A stretch of 32,154 bases of DNA, taken from Octopus sinensis (lineage: Eukaryota). The translations under genes were made by a program, and so were the position numbers. The stretch covers positions 1-32,154 of the forward strand of contig NW_021829614.1 of the NCBI RefSeq assembly GCF_006345805.1, in the 5' to 3' direction. This document shows positions 10,249 through 21,520 of this stretch, in pieces. The notes beneath the pieces were generated by a model. That model saw only the letters and a program-made list of their open reading frames with translations. It ran no database searches and had not been told where the DNA came from. The stretch's first letter is position 1. Every line of letters starts with the position of its first letter.

Positions 10249-10355
10249 ACTATGTTACTATATGAAAAAATTTTATAACATTCTTCTAACATAACGACTT
10301 AAATATATTCTTTAACCTTATAAAACAAGCCTTCTGTAGTTTTTTCACTCTTTTC

Positions 10356-10392
<37 letters not shown>

Positions 10393-10506
10393 ACTTACTT
10401 GGAAAAGGATGCGTGGCGTTCGATCAAATAACAATATAAATAATATATAAATATATGCATATATACCTATATGTATATACCTACATATGTATATATGGGT
10501 GTGCGT

Positions 10507-10584
<78 letters not shown>

Positions 10585-10588
<4 letters not shown>

Positions 10589-10692
10589 TTAAATCCTTTA
10601 AAATATTTCAGCCCAAAAGCTGCGGCCATGCTGAGGCACCACCGTGAATGTGCTACACTGGTATGTGAAACCACCACTGATACGTGGCACAC
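10585..10692 (-). mobile_element. 3' tail fragment of LINE family B
   Basis: Co-linear with 16186-16295 (TAAATCCTT...GCGGCCATGCTG.GGCACCACC...GCTACACT.GT.TGTGAA.CCACC.CTGATACGTGGCAC). Confidence 0.85.
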
Positions 10693-10695
10693 ATA

Positions 10696-11130
10696 CAGGC
10701 TGTCTCAAAAATGTATATATATTTCAACAGCTGATAATTCGATTTTCTGTTCTTTTTACGTTGAACCTGTAAGAAATAATGGAGGAAGTCAGACTAAGCT
10801 TTGAACAATTTCGTTTTCAAATTCCAATTTCAAATTTTATTCTTAAGAGCTGCTGGAAGTTTGGAAATGGTATGAAAGAGCAAACACAATCTAGGAGGGA
10901 GTCTCCAACAGTTTCGCCCTAACTGACCGACCATCAGTTGAATACAAGGTTGACCTAAAACTGATGGAACTGTTCAGAATGTATACAAGAAACGCTCCTG
11001 ATGACCATGGACATCGACAAGCCCCACAAAACGAGAAGACACTTATTGCTATAAATTCAAGAAAACCTGCTCGTCGAGGAAGTCATTGGATAGGAATTTC
11101 AGAATCAAGGACACATTCCAAGAATAGGCC
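10696..11130 (+). mobile_element. Decayed Tc1/mariner-superfamily 5' fragment (DUF4817-like HTH N-terminus)
   Basis: TA followed by TIR-like CAGGCTGTCTCAAAAATG. ATG at 10779 gives MEEVRLSFEQ...FILKSCWK, and after a frameshift DGTVQNVYKKRS**PWTSTSPTK, a GRPR motif decayed largely through CpG mutation. Confidence 0.7.
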
Positions 11131-11164
11131 ATGATTTTCTTTGCATACTTCATACATACATACA

Positions 11165-11335
11165 TATCTGCCCCAAAATCCTGAAAGACCTACATGGGAT
11201 GGATGTAGGTGACTTGAAAACAAAGGTGGATCTCCTCCTGGCGGTAGGAAACGCATTTGGGAGCAGCAACATGAAATATATAGTGAAAGCGTGGTGCCCC
11301 AGCATCACCGTAGCTCTCGAGCTGAAACTGGTAAT
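11165..11335 (+). mobile_element. Internally deleted 3' fragment of LINE family B
   Basis: Encodes [23 protein letters not shown] (compare PKCLRDLHGVDVGFLKTKLDLFL in LINE B) and ends in GGTGCCCCAGCATCACCG-TAGCT-CTCG-AGCTG-AAAC. Confidence 0.8.
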
Positions 11336-11418
<83 letters not shown>

Positions 11419-11510
11419 TGTATGTATGTATATATACATGTATGTATGTATGTATATATATATATATGTATTTATGTATATATATATATATGTATGTATG
11501 TATGTATGTA

Positions 11511-11543
<33 letters not shown>

Positions 11544-12690
11544 ATTATATATGTATGTATGTATATATATATATATGTATGTATATATATATATATGTAT
11601 GTATGTAAGTATGTATATATATATATGTATGTATGTATATATATATGTATGTATGTATGTATGTATATATATATATATGTATGTATGTATATGTATATAT
11701 ATATATATATGTATGTACGTATATATATATATATGTATGTATGTGTATATATATATATATGTATGTATGTATGTGTATATATATATATATGTATATGTAT
11801 GTGTGTATATATATATATGTATGTATATATTATATATATTGTATGTATGTGTATATATATATATATGTATGTATTATATTATGTATGTATGTATATATAT
11901 GTATGTATATTATATATATATTATGTATGTATAATGTATGTATGTATGTATATATATATGTATGTATATATGTATGTATGTATTATATAATATGTATGTA
12001 TGTATGTATATATATATATAATATATGTATGTATGTATATGTAGTATATATATATGTATGTATATATATAATATGTATGTATATATTATATTTATGTATT
12101 ATATATATATGTATGTAATATATATATATTTATGTATATATATATATAATGTATGTATATATATATTATATTTATGTATATATATATATATATTATGTAT
12201 ATATATATTATATTTATGTATATATATATATATATTTATTGTATATATAATATATGTGATGTATATATATATATATGTATGTATATATATGTATATGTAT
12301 GTATATATATATATAGTATGTATATATTATATATGTATGTATGTATGTATATATGTATGTATGTATGTTGTATGTATGTATGTAATATATGTATGTATGT
12401 ATATATGTATGTATGTATATATGTATGTATGTATATATGTATGTGTATATATATATATATATGTATGTATGTATATATGTATATATATATATATGTATGT
12501 ATGTATATATATATATGTAGTATGTATATATATATATATATATGTATGTATATATATATATATATGTATGTATGTATATATATATATGTCGTATGTATTA
12601 TATATATATGTATGTATGTATATATATGTATGTATGTATATATATATATGTATGTATATATATATATATGTATGTATGTATATATATATG

Positions 12691-12749
<59 letters not shown>
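11336..12749. repeat. ~1.4-kb (TA)n/(TATG)n compound microsatellite array
   Basis: Direct reading. Confidence 0.97.
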
Positions 12750-15523
12750 GAAGCCATGAACATATTTTCCAATGGATACTGCGAAGCAGTCGCTGTATTC
12801 AGTCAAACCAACAACTTAACAGTAGTTGGACTCTACAGACCACCCTAAACGCCCCTACCATGCTTCAAGGAATGCCTCAACAGCATATAGTGTTTCATTC
12901 AGCAGTGTCAACCTGACAACATTTTAATGATGGGAGACTTCAACCTTCCCGGGGTTGACTGGTCTACAAACAGTCTTCCGCCAGGTTCTTCTCTCTCAAC
13001 CCCTGACAGGGAGGCAGTGGAATCGCTTCTTGACTTCATGGATGACTTCTTCTTGTCCCAACTGGTACTCGAACCAATGAGATGTCACAAAAACGTCTTA
13101 GACTTAATTTTCAGCAATCACACTGATATTATCCACAATATTGCAGTGGAGAAAACCCTACTCTCCGACCATGACATGGTTCTCTGTGATCTGAGATTTC
13201 ACTGGCCAAAATGCAAAACAAATGTCATCCCTCCTGTTCATCCATTTGACACTATGGATTTCCACAATGCAAACTGGGAAGCGATCAATAATGATCTTGC
13301 ACAAGTCGATTGGTCCTTCACGCACACATACACACCCACTAACATCAAAAAGTCCTGGCAGTCACTTGTAGACACCATCACGACATATGTGCAAGACACA
13401 CCCCATTAAGATCTGCAAACAAATCTAAGTGTCGAATCCCTAGAAATAGAAAGTCTCTCATAAGGAAAATAAAAGAATCAACAAAAAGATCAACATGCTG
13501 AAATACTGTCAACAGCAACACACCAACCTGACTGCCATCTCGTCGCTAGAGATTAAAAAACATAAACTCCAAAACAACATGATGGCTATCATCAATAGTC
13601 AGCGAAGAGCTGAAGAGGCCTGGGCCATTGAGAAGATCAAACTCAATCCCAAAGTGTTCTTTTCATTTGCAAAAAAACACAGAGTCACTGGTTCTACTGT
13701 TGGCCCTCTGATTGATGAAAATGGTACTCTTCAAGACAATGCCAAAACCATGGGAGAATATTGCAGAAACAATATTGCTCTGTTTTCAGCAATCCTGATA
13801 TGACTGATCTGGGCTGTATCAGTGATGTTACTCCCCAATACACTTTATCGGACATAACATTTGGCGCTCCTGATGTCTTAGCAGCAATAAAGAAATGAAG
13901 CATAATTCAGCAGTAGGTCCCGATAGGTTCCCTGCTTGTGTCTTGAAGATGTGTCAAAACCAACTTGCACCCCCTCTAGCCAATCTGTGGCGGAACTCAC
14001 TGGATGCTGGATATATACCAGAAGACCTTCTATCCCAGTCTGTTGTCCCAGTTTTCAAAAAAGGAAACAAATCGCTTGCCGTGAATTACCGTCCAATCTC
14101 ACTCACCTCTCATATCATCAAGGTATTTGAGAGGGTGCTGAGATCGCGTATGACTCACTTCCTTGAGAGTCATAATATGCTGAACCCCAACCAGCATGGA
14201 TTCCGTAATGGAGAGATTGCCTGACGCAGCTACTGCATCATTTTGATGACATTTTGAGAGCCTTGGGAGAAGGTTCCAACACTGATGTCATCTACCTTGA
14301 TTTCAGCAAGGCCTTTGACAGGGTTGATCATAAGATCCTTCTGAGAAAGCTGTCCAATATTGGTGTCACTGGAAAGCTGCTGCAGTGGATCAAGTGCTTC
14401 CTGTCTAACAGAACCCAACATGTTGTAGTCGAAGGAGTCAAATCCAGCCCAGCCAAAGTCAGCAGTGGTGTCCCACAAGGCACTGTGTTGGGCCCACTTC
14501 TCTTCATCATCTACATAAATGATATTACTGACACCATCAAACACAGTAACATCAGAACCTTCGCTGATGATTCCAAGCTCCAGAAGGTCATCAATGGCGT
14601 GGATGACCGAATAAACCTTCAGTCAGACCTACTGGCTGTTGTCCAATGGGCGGAAAAGATTAACATGTTGCTAAATGAAGACAAATTCGAACTGATCCAC
14701 TTTGGAATGGAGGACGCTCTGAAACTCCCATACTCTCTTCCTTCTGGAGAAATTCTCATGGCATCCAACAACACCAGAGACCTGGGAGTAACAGTGGACA
14801 ACAACATAAGCTGGGCTACACATATAAGCAGCAAAGTTGATGTGGCCCGCAGAATGTGTTCCTGGATTCTCAGAACCTTCCAGTCGAGAGATTCCCACGC
14901 TATTATCCTTCTCTTCTCCACTTTTGCCCGACCCCACCTTGAATACTGCTGTCCACTGTGGTCTCCCTACACAAAACAAAATATTATGAGAATTGAAGCT
15001 CCCCAAAGGTCAATCACAAAAAAGATAGATGGCATGTCAGACCTTGACTACTGGGGTAGACTAGAGAAGCTAAAATTGTATTCACTCTAACGACGCCGTG
15101 AACGCTACATTATCTGTATGATGTGGAAAATATTCCATCAGCACTGTCCGAATGATGGTGGCATCACCTTAAAAATGAATCCAAGGCTTGGACCACGTGC
15201 CATCCGTCCACAACAAAAATCTAAATCGCATCACATAACGACAATACGGCACAACTATTTCACCTCAATTGGACCCGCTCTCTTCAACATTACACCAGGA
15301 CACGTCAAAAAAGAAACTGACCACACAAAATTCAAGAAGTCTTTGGACAAATTCCTTCAAACAGTACCGGACAAACCACTCACACCTGGATATGTCTCCG
15401 CAAACAATAACTCTCTGCTCGAATGGGCCTTGGTGCCCAAATCCTGAACTGAAAGACTTCGCCAGGTGGTGCTATTAAGTTAGACATGGCCTGGGCCAAT
15501 ACTGGCCAAAACCTTTCTAAGTT
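12750..15523 (+). mobile_element. CR1-group non-LTR retrotransposon (LINE family A), 5'-truncated within the endonuclease, inactive
   Basis: APE motifs VGLYRPP, MMGDFNLPGVDW, LDLIFSN, SDH. RT motifs [56 protein letters not shown]-terminus RPHLEYC..W, LYSL*RRRERY. Multiple stops and frameshifts. The 3' UTR ends in TCTAAGTT. Confidence 0.95.
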
Positions 15524-15532
15524 ATATGTATG

Positions 15533-15588
<56 letters not shown>

Positions 15589-15653
15589 TATATATTATAT
15601 ATATAATAATATGTATGTATATATAGTATGCATGTATATATAATGTATGCATG

Positions 15654-15687
<34 letters not shown>

Positions 15688-15835
15688 TGTATGTATTATG
15701 TATGTATTATGTATATATTGGTATTATGATGTATATATATATATGTATGTATATATATATGTTGTATGTATGTAGGTATGTATGTATGTATGTATGTATG
15801 TAATATATTATATATATGTATGTATGTATGTTATG

Positions 15836-15869
<34 letters not shown>

Positions 15870-16185
15870 TGTATATATTATGTATGTATGTATGTATGGT
15901 ATATATATGTATTATGTATGTATATATATATATATATGTTGTATGTATATATATATGTTGTATGTATATATATATGTATGTATGTATATATATATATATA
16001 ATATATATGTATGTATGTATTATATATGTATGTTGTATATATATGTATGTATGTATATATGTATGTATTATATATATATGTATGTATGTATATATATATC
16101 CATGTATGTATTATTATGTATGTATATATATGTATGTATGTATATATATGTATGTATATTATGTATGTATGTATGTATGTATGTA
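15524..16185. repeat. ~660-bp (TA)n/(TATG)n array between two convergent LINEs
   Basis: Direct reading. Confidence 0.97.
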
Positions 16186-17787
16186 TAAATCCTTAAATCC
16201 TTAAAAATGTTTTAGCCTGAAGGCGCGGCCATGCTGGGGCACCACCGCTGAATGAGCTACACTAGTTTGTGAATCCACCTCTGATACGTGGCACTTGATC
16301 AACAAGGGAGTTCGATGCTGCTGCCCGCATCCGTGTCTCCTGTCGTGAGGTAGGTTCATCTGGGACTCCCACAAGAAGAGATCCAGTTTAGTTTTAAGAA
16401 ACCCACATCCACACCATGTAAGTCTCTCAGGCATTTAGGGAGGATGTTAAAGAGCTGTGGTCCTCTGAAACCCAAGCTGTTGCAGTATCTGGACCTGTAT
16501 TTTGATGGTGATGTTGGAATCCTTGGCACCACGCAGCGGCGCCCCGTTCTGCGGTTGGAGTAACTTAGAATGCCAAAGTTTGGGACAAGACCCTCCAGGA
16601 TTTTCCAGATGTATATCACTGCATATCTCTCCCGCCTCCGCTCCAGGGAGAAGAGGTTTAATACCTTCAGTCTTTCCCAGTAGCTGACATTTTGCATTGA
16701 GACGATTTTCTTTGTGTAGCTTCTCTGAGTTGCTTCGAGTTCTGCTGTTTGTTTTATATTGTGTGGTGACCAAAGTTGGGAGCAGTAGTCCAAGCGGCTG
16801 AGGACAAATCTTTTCCATAAGACCATCAGTGTCTCCTTCTCTCTTGTTCTGAAAGTTCGGAGAATCCATCCAGCTAGCCGTCTGCATTTTATCACCAGAT
16901 TAGCAATATGCATTTGGAAAGATGCATCATTGCTCATGTCAATGCCCAGGTCACGCACTGATTTTGACTCAGGGATTGCAATTCTTCCTGGGCCAGTGTA
17001 TCCAGTCTTCACGTCATTTACCTTTGTGTGCAGTAGCGCAGGGCCTGGAACTTACCTGCATTAAACTGCATGTTGTTGTCCTCAGCCCACCTGTATATTG
17101 TGTCCAGCTCATGTTGCAGATGCGCAATATTTTCAGGGTTTTGTATTGCGTGGGAGACTTTTGTGTCATCTGCATAGCTAGCAAGGGTGGTCATCGTAGC
17201 AACTGAAGGCATGTCTGAAAGGGCCACTATGAACATCAGTGGCCCCAAGACAGTGCCCTGTGGGACACCGCTTGTTATTTGCGTTTCCCTGGAGGTGGCT
17301 CCATTGCTCACAACTGCCTGTTTTCTGTCTTTTAGGAAGTTGTGCAGCCACTCTCCAAGTTTCCCGCCTATGCCGAGACCACGCAGTTTGTGACAGATCA
17401 TACCATGGTCGACTTTATCAAAGGCTTTTGCAAAGTCAAGATATATTACATCCACATTTGAGCCATTTAGTAGCTGTTTCAACACCCAGTCATAGTGTTG
17501 CAGGAGCTGTGTTAGGCAGCCTCTACCTGTCGAAATCCATGCTGGGTGTCAGACAGTAAGTCATTTTCTTCAAGGAACATGATTAGTTTCTTACGGACTA
17601 TTCGTTCCATGACTTTGCTGATGTGTGAGGTCAGAGAGATAGGCCTATAATTTTTAGCATCTGCTCTGCTACCTCCCTTATGGATAGGGCATATTACCCC
17701 CTCTTTCAGTTTGACTGGGAGCTTACCACTTGCAAGAAAGCTCTGAAAAAGAAGCTGTAGCGGTTTTGCAAGGGCTCGTTTGCACGT
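16186..17787 (-). mobile_element. CR1-group LINE (family B), 5'-truncated within RT
   Basis: [73 protein letters not shown]. The 3' end carries a stem-loop and a TAAGGATT tandem tail. Confidence 0.95.
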
Positions 17788-18116
17788 ATATATATATGTT
17801 TGCATATATATATATGTATGTATGAATATATATATATGTATGTATGTATGTATATATATATATGTATGTATGTATGTATATATATATATATGTATGTATG
17901 TATGAATATATATATATATGTATGTATGTATGAATATATATATATGTATGTATGAATATATATATATGTATGTATGTATGTATATATATATGTATGTATG
18001 TATATATGTATGTATGTATGTATATATATATGTATGTATGTATGTATATATGTATGTATGTATGTATATATGTATGTATGTATGTATATATGTATGTATG
18101 TATATATGTATGTATG

Positions 18117-18150
<34 letters not shown>

Positions 18151-18326
18151 TGTATATATGTATGTATGTATATATATATATATGTATGTATATATATATA
18201 TATGTATGTATGTATATATATATATATGTATGTATGTATGTATATATATGTATGTATGTATATGTATGTGTATGTATATATATATATATGTATGTATGTA
18301 TGTATATATGTATGTATCTATGTATG

Positions 18327-18360
<34 letters not shown>

Positions 18361-18372
18361 ATATATATATAT
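17788..18372. repeat. (TA)n/(TATG)n compound microsatellite
   Basis: Direct reading. Confidence 0.97.
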
Positions 18373-18499
18373 TGTACAAAATGTTCCTGATATATTCACA
18401 ATATTTGAAGATATTTCTCAGAATAAAAATTATCAATTACATAAAAAAAAAAATTTTAAACAGGACGAAACGAATCTATTCAAAGAAAGTTTCCGTACA

Positions 18500-18536
18500 T
18501 TTGCTTGAAAAGTTGACAGCGAAAGCACTAACACAC
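18500..18536 (+). ncRNA. Degenerate hammerhead-like motif, U3-A8 core (H4), related to H2
   Basis: UUGAAAA-GUU-GAC-AGC-GAA-AGCACU-A-ACACAC. Stem III and the 3' stem I strand resemble H2, but the 5' stem I strand pairs poorly. Confidence 0.4.
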
Positions 18537-18635
18537 AACACGCAAACGTCCTTCCAAAGGATTCGCATCATTCTGTTTATTTTTAAATCTATTTTGATAG
18601 AATTAATAATTTTTACTTCTTTTAGGAAGATCCAT

Positions 18636-18790
18636 TATTCCGTGTTCAAAGAATTTCCTGTCTTAACTGGCGAGGAACACTTTCAGGTGAATTTTCACAT
18701 TCTCTTCGGAGTTGAAGATTTGTCCATTCAACGAATTTGAGGGTGGAAGGTCGGGCGAATATGGAGAAGATGAAACTGGTATGTATATAT
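18636..18790 (-). pseudogene. Mariner transposase C-terminal fragment
   Basis: SPYSPDLPPS...LNGQIFNSEENVKIHLKVFLAS resembles the mariner YSPDLAPSD motif and following helix. The third catalytic Asp region is deleted or mutated. Confidence 0.6.
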
Positions 18791-19009
18791 ACATAAGCGT
18801 GTTTGGGCATATATGTATGCATGTATGTACATATGTATGTATGCACATAAGTGTGTGGGAGCGTGCATGTATGTATGTATGTATATATGTATATGTACAC
18901 GGATGTATATGTGTATATTTGTATGTATGTATGTGTGTATGTATGTATGTATGTGTATATGTATATATGTATGTTTGCATGTATGTATGTACGTATGTTT
19001 GTATGTATA

Positions 19010-19063
<54 letters not shown>
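18781..19063. repeat. Degenerate (TATG)/(TA)/(TG) microsatellite
   Basis: Direct reading. Confidence 0.85.
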
Positions 19064-19612
19064 CGAACGATTTGCATTTCCCAGCCTTGTTTCTATGGCT
19101 AACACACCTGACTTCAGACAACAAATAATGGCAGTACTTCCGGTTTTCCTTTTATTTTACTGTGATTTTATTTTTATTTTTCATATTTTATTTAACATTT
19201 ATTTATTTTATTTTTGTTTATCTATTTTGCTTTTGATACTTTCTGTTGCATGTTTAAATTTGTGAAGTTGGGATTTTTATACATTTATGTGTATGATCAT
19301 GTGTGTGTGTGTATGTGTTTCGGTGAGATTGTGTGTGTGTATGTATGAGTGTATGCGTATGTTCATATGGTGTATGTTGGTGTTTCCATAAGTCCCTATG
19401 GGTGCCAACTTGTATTCTTTTGTACAGGTAATACAATCACAGGTATAAAAAAAAACACAGATATGTGTACATTCGTATATATACACACACATACATACAT
19501 GCATGCATTCTATATGTACATACACATATACATATGGGTATATGCATATATATATACATGTGCGTGTATACACATGCTTATATATACATAGACATATATG
19601 CATATATACGTG

Positions 19613-19651
<39 letters not shown>

Positions 19652-19680
19652 GTGTATGTGTATGTATATATATATATATA

Positions 19681-19775
19681 TCCTCCTTCTTCCCTTTTTT
19701 CCTGAGCGCCTAATAATACTTTAATTGTTCCACCTCCTGCGTTGTTGTCTTTGTTTTCTGTTTGGATTAACTTTA
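19681..19775 (+). mobile_element. Second, 5'-truncated copy of the 5240-5478 repeat (no hammerhead)
   Basis: CCTGAGCGCCTAATAATACTTTAATTGTTCCACCTCCTGCGTTGTTG matches about 5391-5435. It is flanked by (TA)n. Confidence 0.7.
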
Positions 19776-19785
19776 TATATATATA

Positions 19786-19928
<143 letters not shown>

Positions 19929-20330
19929 GGCGCAGGAGTGGCTGTGTGGTAAGTAGCTTGCCTACCAACCACATGGTTCTGGGTTCAGTCCCACTGCGTG
20001 GCATCTTGGGCAAGTGTCTTCTGCTATAGCCTCGGACCGACCAGTGAGTGGATTTGGTAGACGGAAACTGAAAGAAGCTTGTCGTATATATGTATATATA
20101 TGTATGTATGTATATGTTTGTGTGTCTGTGTTTGTCCCTCTAGCATTGCTTGACAACCGATGCTGGTGTGTTTACGTCCCCGTCACTTAGCGGTTCGGCA
20201 AAAGAGACCGATAGAATAAGTACTGGGCTTACAAAGAATAAGTCCCGGGGTCGATTTGCTCGACTAAATGCGGTGCTCCAGCATGGCCGCAGTCAAATGA
20301 CTGAAACAAGTAAAAGAGTAAAGGGTAAAG
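19929..20330 (+). mobile_element. Full-length tRNA-derived SINE (family A) with internal microsatellite
   Basis: A box TGGCTGTGTGG, B box GGTTCAGTCCC, CORE-like ATCTTGGGCAAGTGTCTT, internal (TA/TATG)n, and 3' GGTGCTCCAGCATGGCCGCAGTCAAATGACTGAAAC plus a TAAAAGAG-type tail. Confidence 0.92.
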
Positions 20331-20348
20331 AGTATATATATATATATA

Positions 20349-20380
<32 letters not shown>

Positions 20381-21090
20381 GTATACATATGTGTTTGTGT
20401 GCACTTATATGCATGAATACAAACACGTATGCAAACAACTTTTCGCTCAATTACATATTTTGTTTGCGAGCGAGAGATAGAGAGGGAATGTGTATGTATG
20501 TGTCTAGGAGTTCGAGTGGGTGTGCATGTGTGTGTGTGTCCTTGTGTAAGTTAATTCCAAATCAGATTTATATTCACCAAAGCTCTCTCACCTTAATTAA
20601 TGTATGCAAGTATACATACATAAAAACACATATGTATATATTTTATCTAGATATAGATGTCTTGCTTCGAGTTCTAAATTGTAACTATCTCTACCCATCT
20701 ATCAAATATCTATCTATCTATCTCTACCCATCTATCAAATATCTATCTACATATCTATCTACTTATCTTCCTATTTATCTACCTACCTACCTATTTATCT
20801 ACCTCCCTCCCTCCCTCCCTACCTACGCGAAGTGAGTGTAATCTCCATAAGAATCTATACCTAACCGTCACCGTACATTACCGTTGCTGTAACAATTACC
20901 TGCCACTCGTCTCTCTCTCCCCCCCCTCTCTCTTTCTTTCTCTCTCTCTGTCTCATTCCCCACTGTTATCGTTTGATGAGGTGTTTGCTCCTTTCCTGAC
21001 GTTTCCTATCACCATCACAACACTCCCACCATCACCACAGCCGCACCACTACTGGTGCTGTCACCACCGTCTCTTGTGCAGCCTCCGTCT

Positions 21091-21117
21091 CCGCCGCCGC
21101 CGCCGCCGCCGCCGCCG
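21091..21117. repeat. (CCG)9 in a locally GC/CpG-rich patch
   Basis: Direct reading. Confidence 0.95.
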
Positions 21118-21471
21118 CTGCTCTCTTCGCAAAACTCTTCTGTATGGCGAATCGAAGTATTTTCTCCGAGAGTTGTGACCATCAACGTTCTAATGAGTCT
21201 CGTACACAACAGAACTGCCTCAAGACATTATTCTTTGCTGTTCACTGGTCTTGACAGAAAGCAGCGTGTAAATGTCTCCCTCTCTCCTTTCACTCGTCTT
21301 TACTTCACTGCCGCCATATTGCTCTTCCTTCCTCACCTTTCTCTCCCTCATACTGCACCTTCCCTCCCCCTCCTCTCGCCTCCTCTCTCTTTCCCAATCT
21401 ATCTATCTATCTATCTCCAGCTAATGCACCTGCTGCATACTGGATATTCTCGTCTGTCAAGAACAAACATA

Positions 21472-21472
21472 A

Positions 21473-21519
<47 letters not shown>
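21472..21519. repeat. (AAT)n microsatellite
   Basis: Direct reading. Confidence 0.95.

Positions 21520-21520
<1 letters not shown>

Larger units (their letters stand above)
9017..10350 (+). mobile_element. 5'-truncated Penelope-like retroelement (Neptune-type) with 3' pseudo-LTR
   Basis: RT C-terminus, Cys linker and GIY-YIG endonuclease lie in one frame, followed by an AT-rich 3' region containing hammerhead H3, ending at (TA)n. Confidence 0.85.

Noticed and set aside
11199-12848. Long Tyr/Ile/Met/Cys/Val-rich ORFs (also at 15766-16204, 17723-18740, 18646-19265, 19277-19972 and many shorter ones)
   Set aside because: They are translations of (TA)n/(TATG)n/(CA)n microsatellites, which lack stop codons in several frames.
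12750-15523. Active or domesticated LINE A ORF2
   Set aside because: It has several nonsense codons (e.g. 12846, 15088) and frameshifts, and is truncated within the endonuclease.
19064-19130. GWEM-like peptide as the upstream continuation of the mariner fragment across the microsatellite
   Set aside because: Only about four residues match, which is too weak to support.
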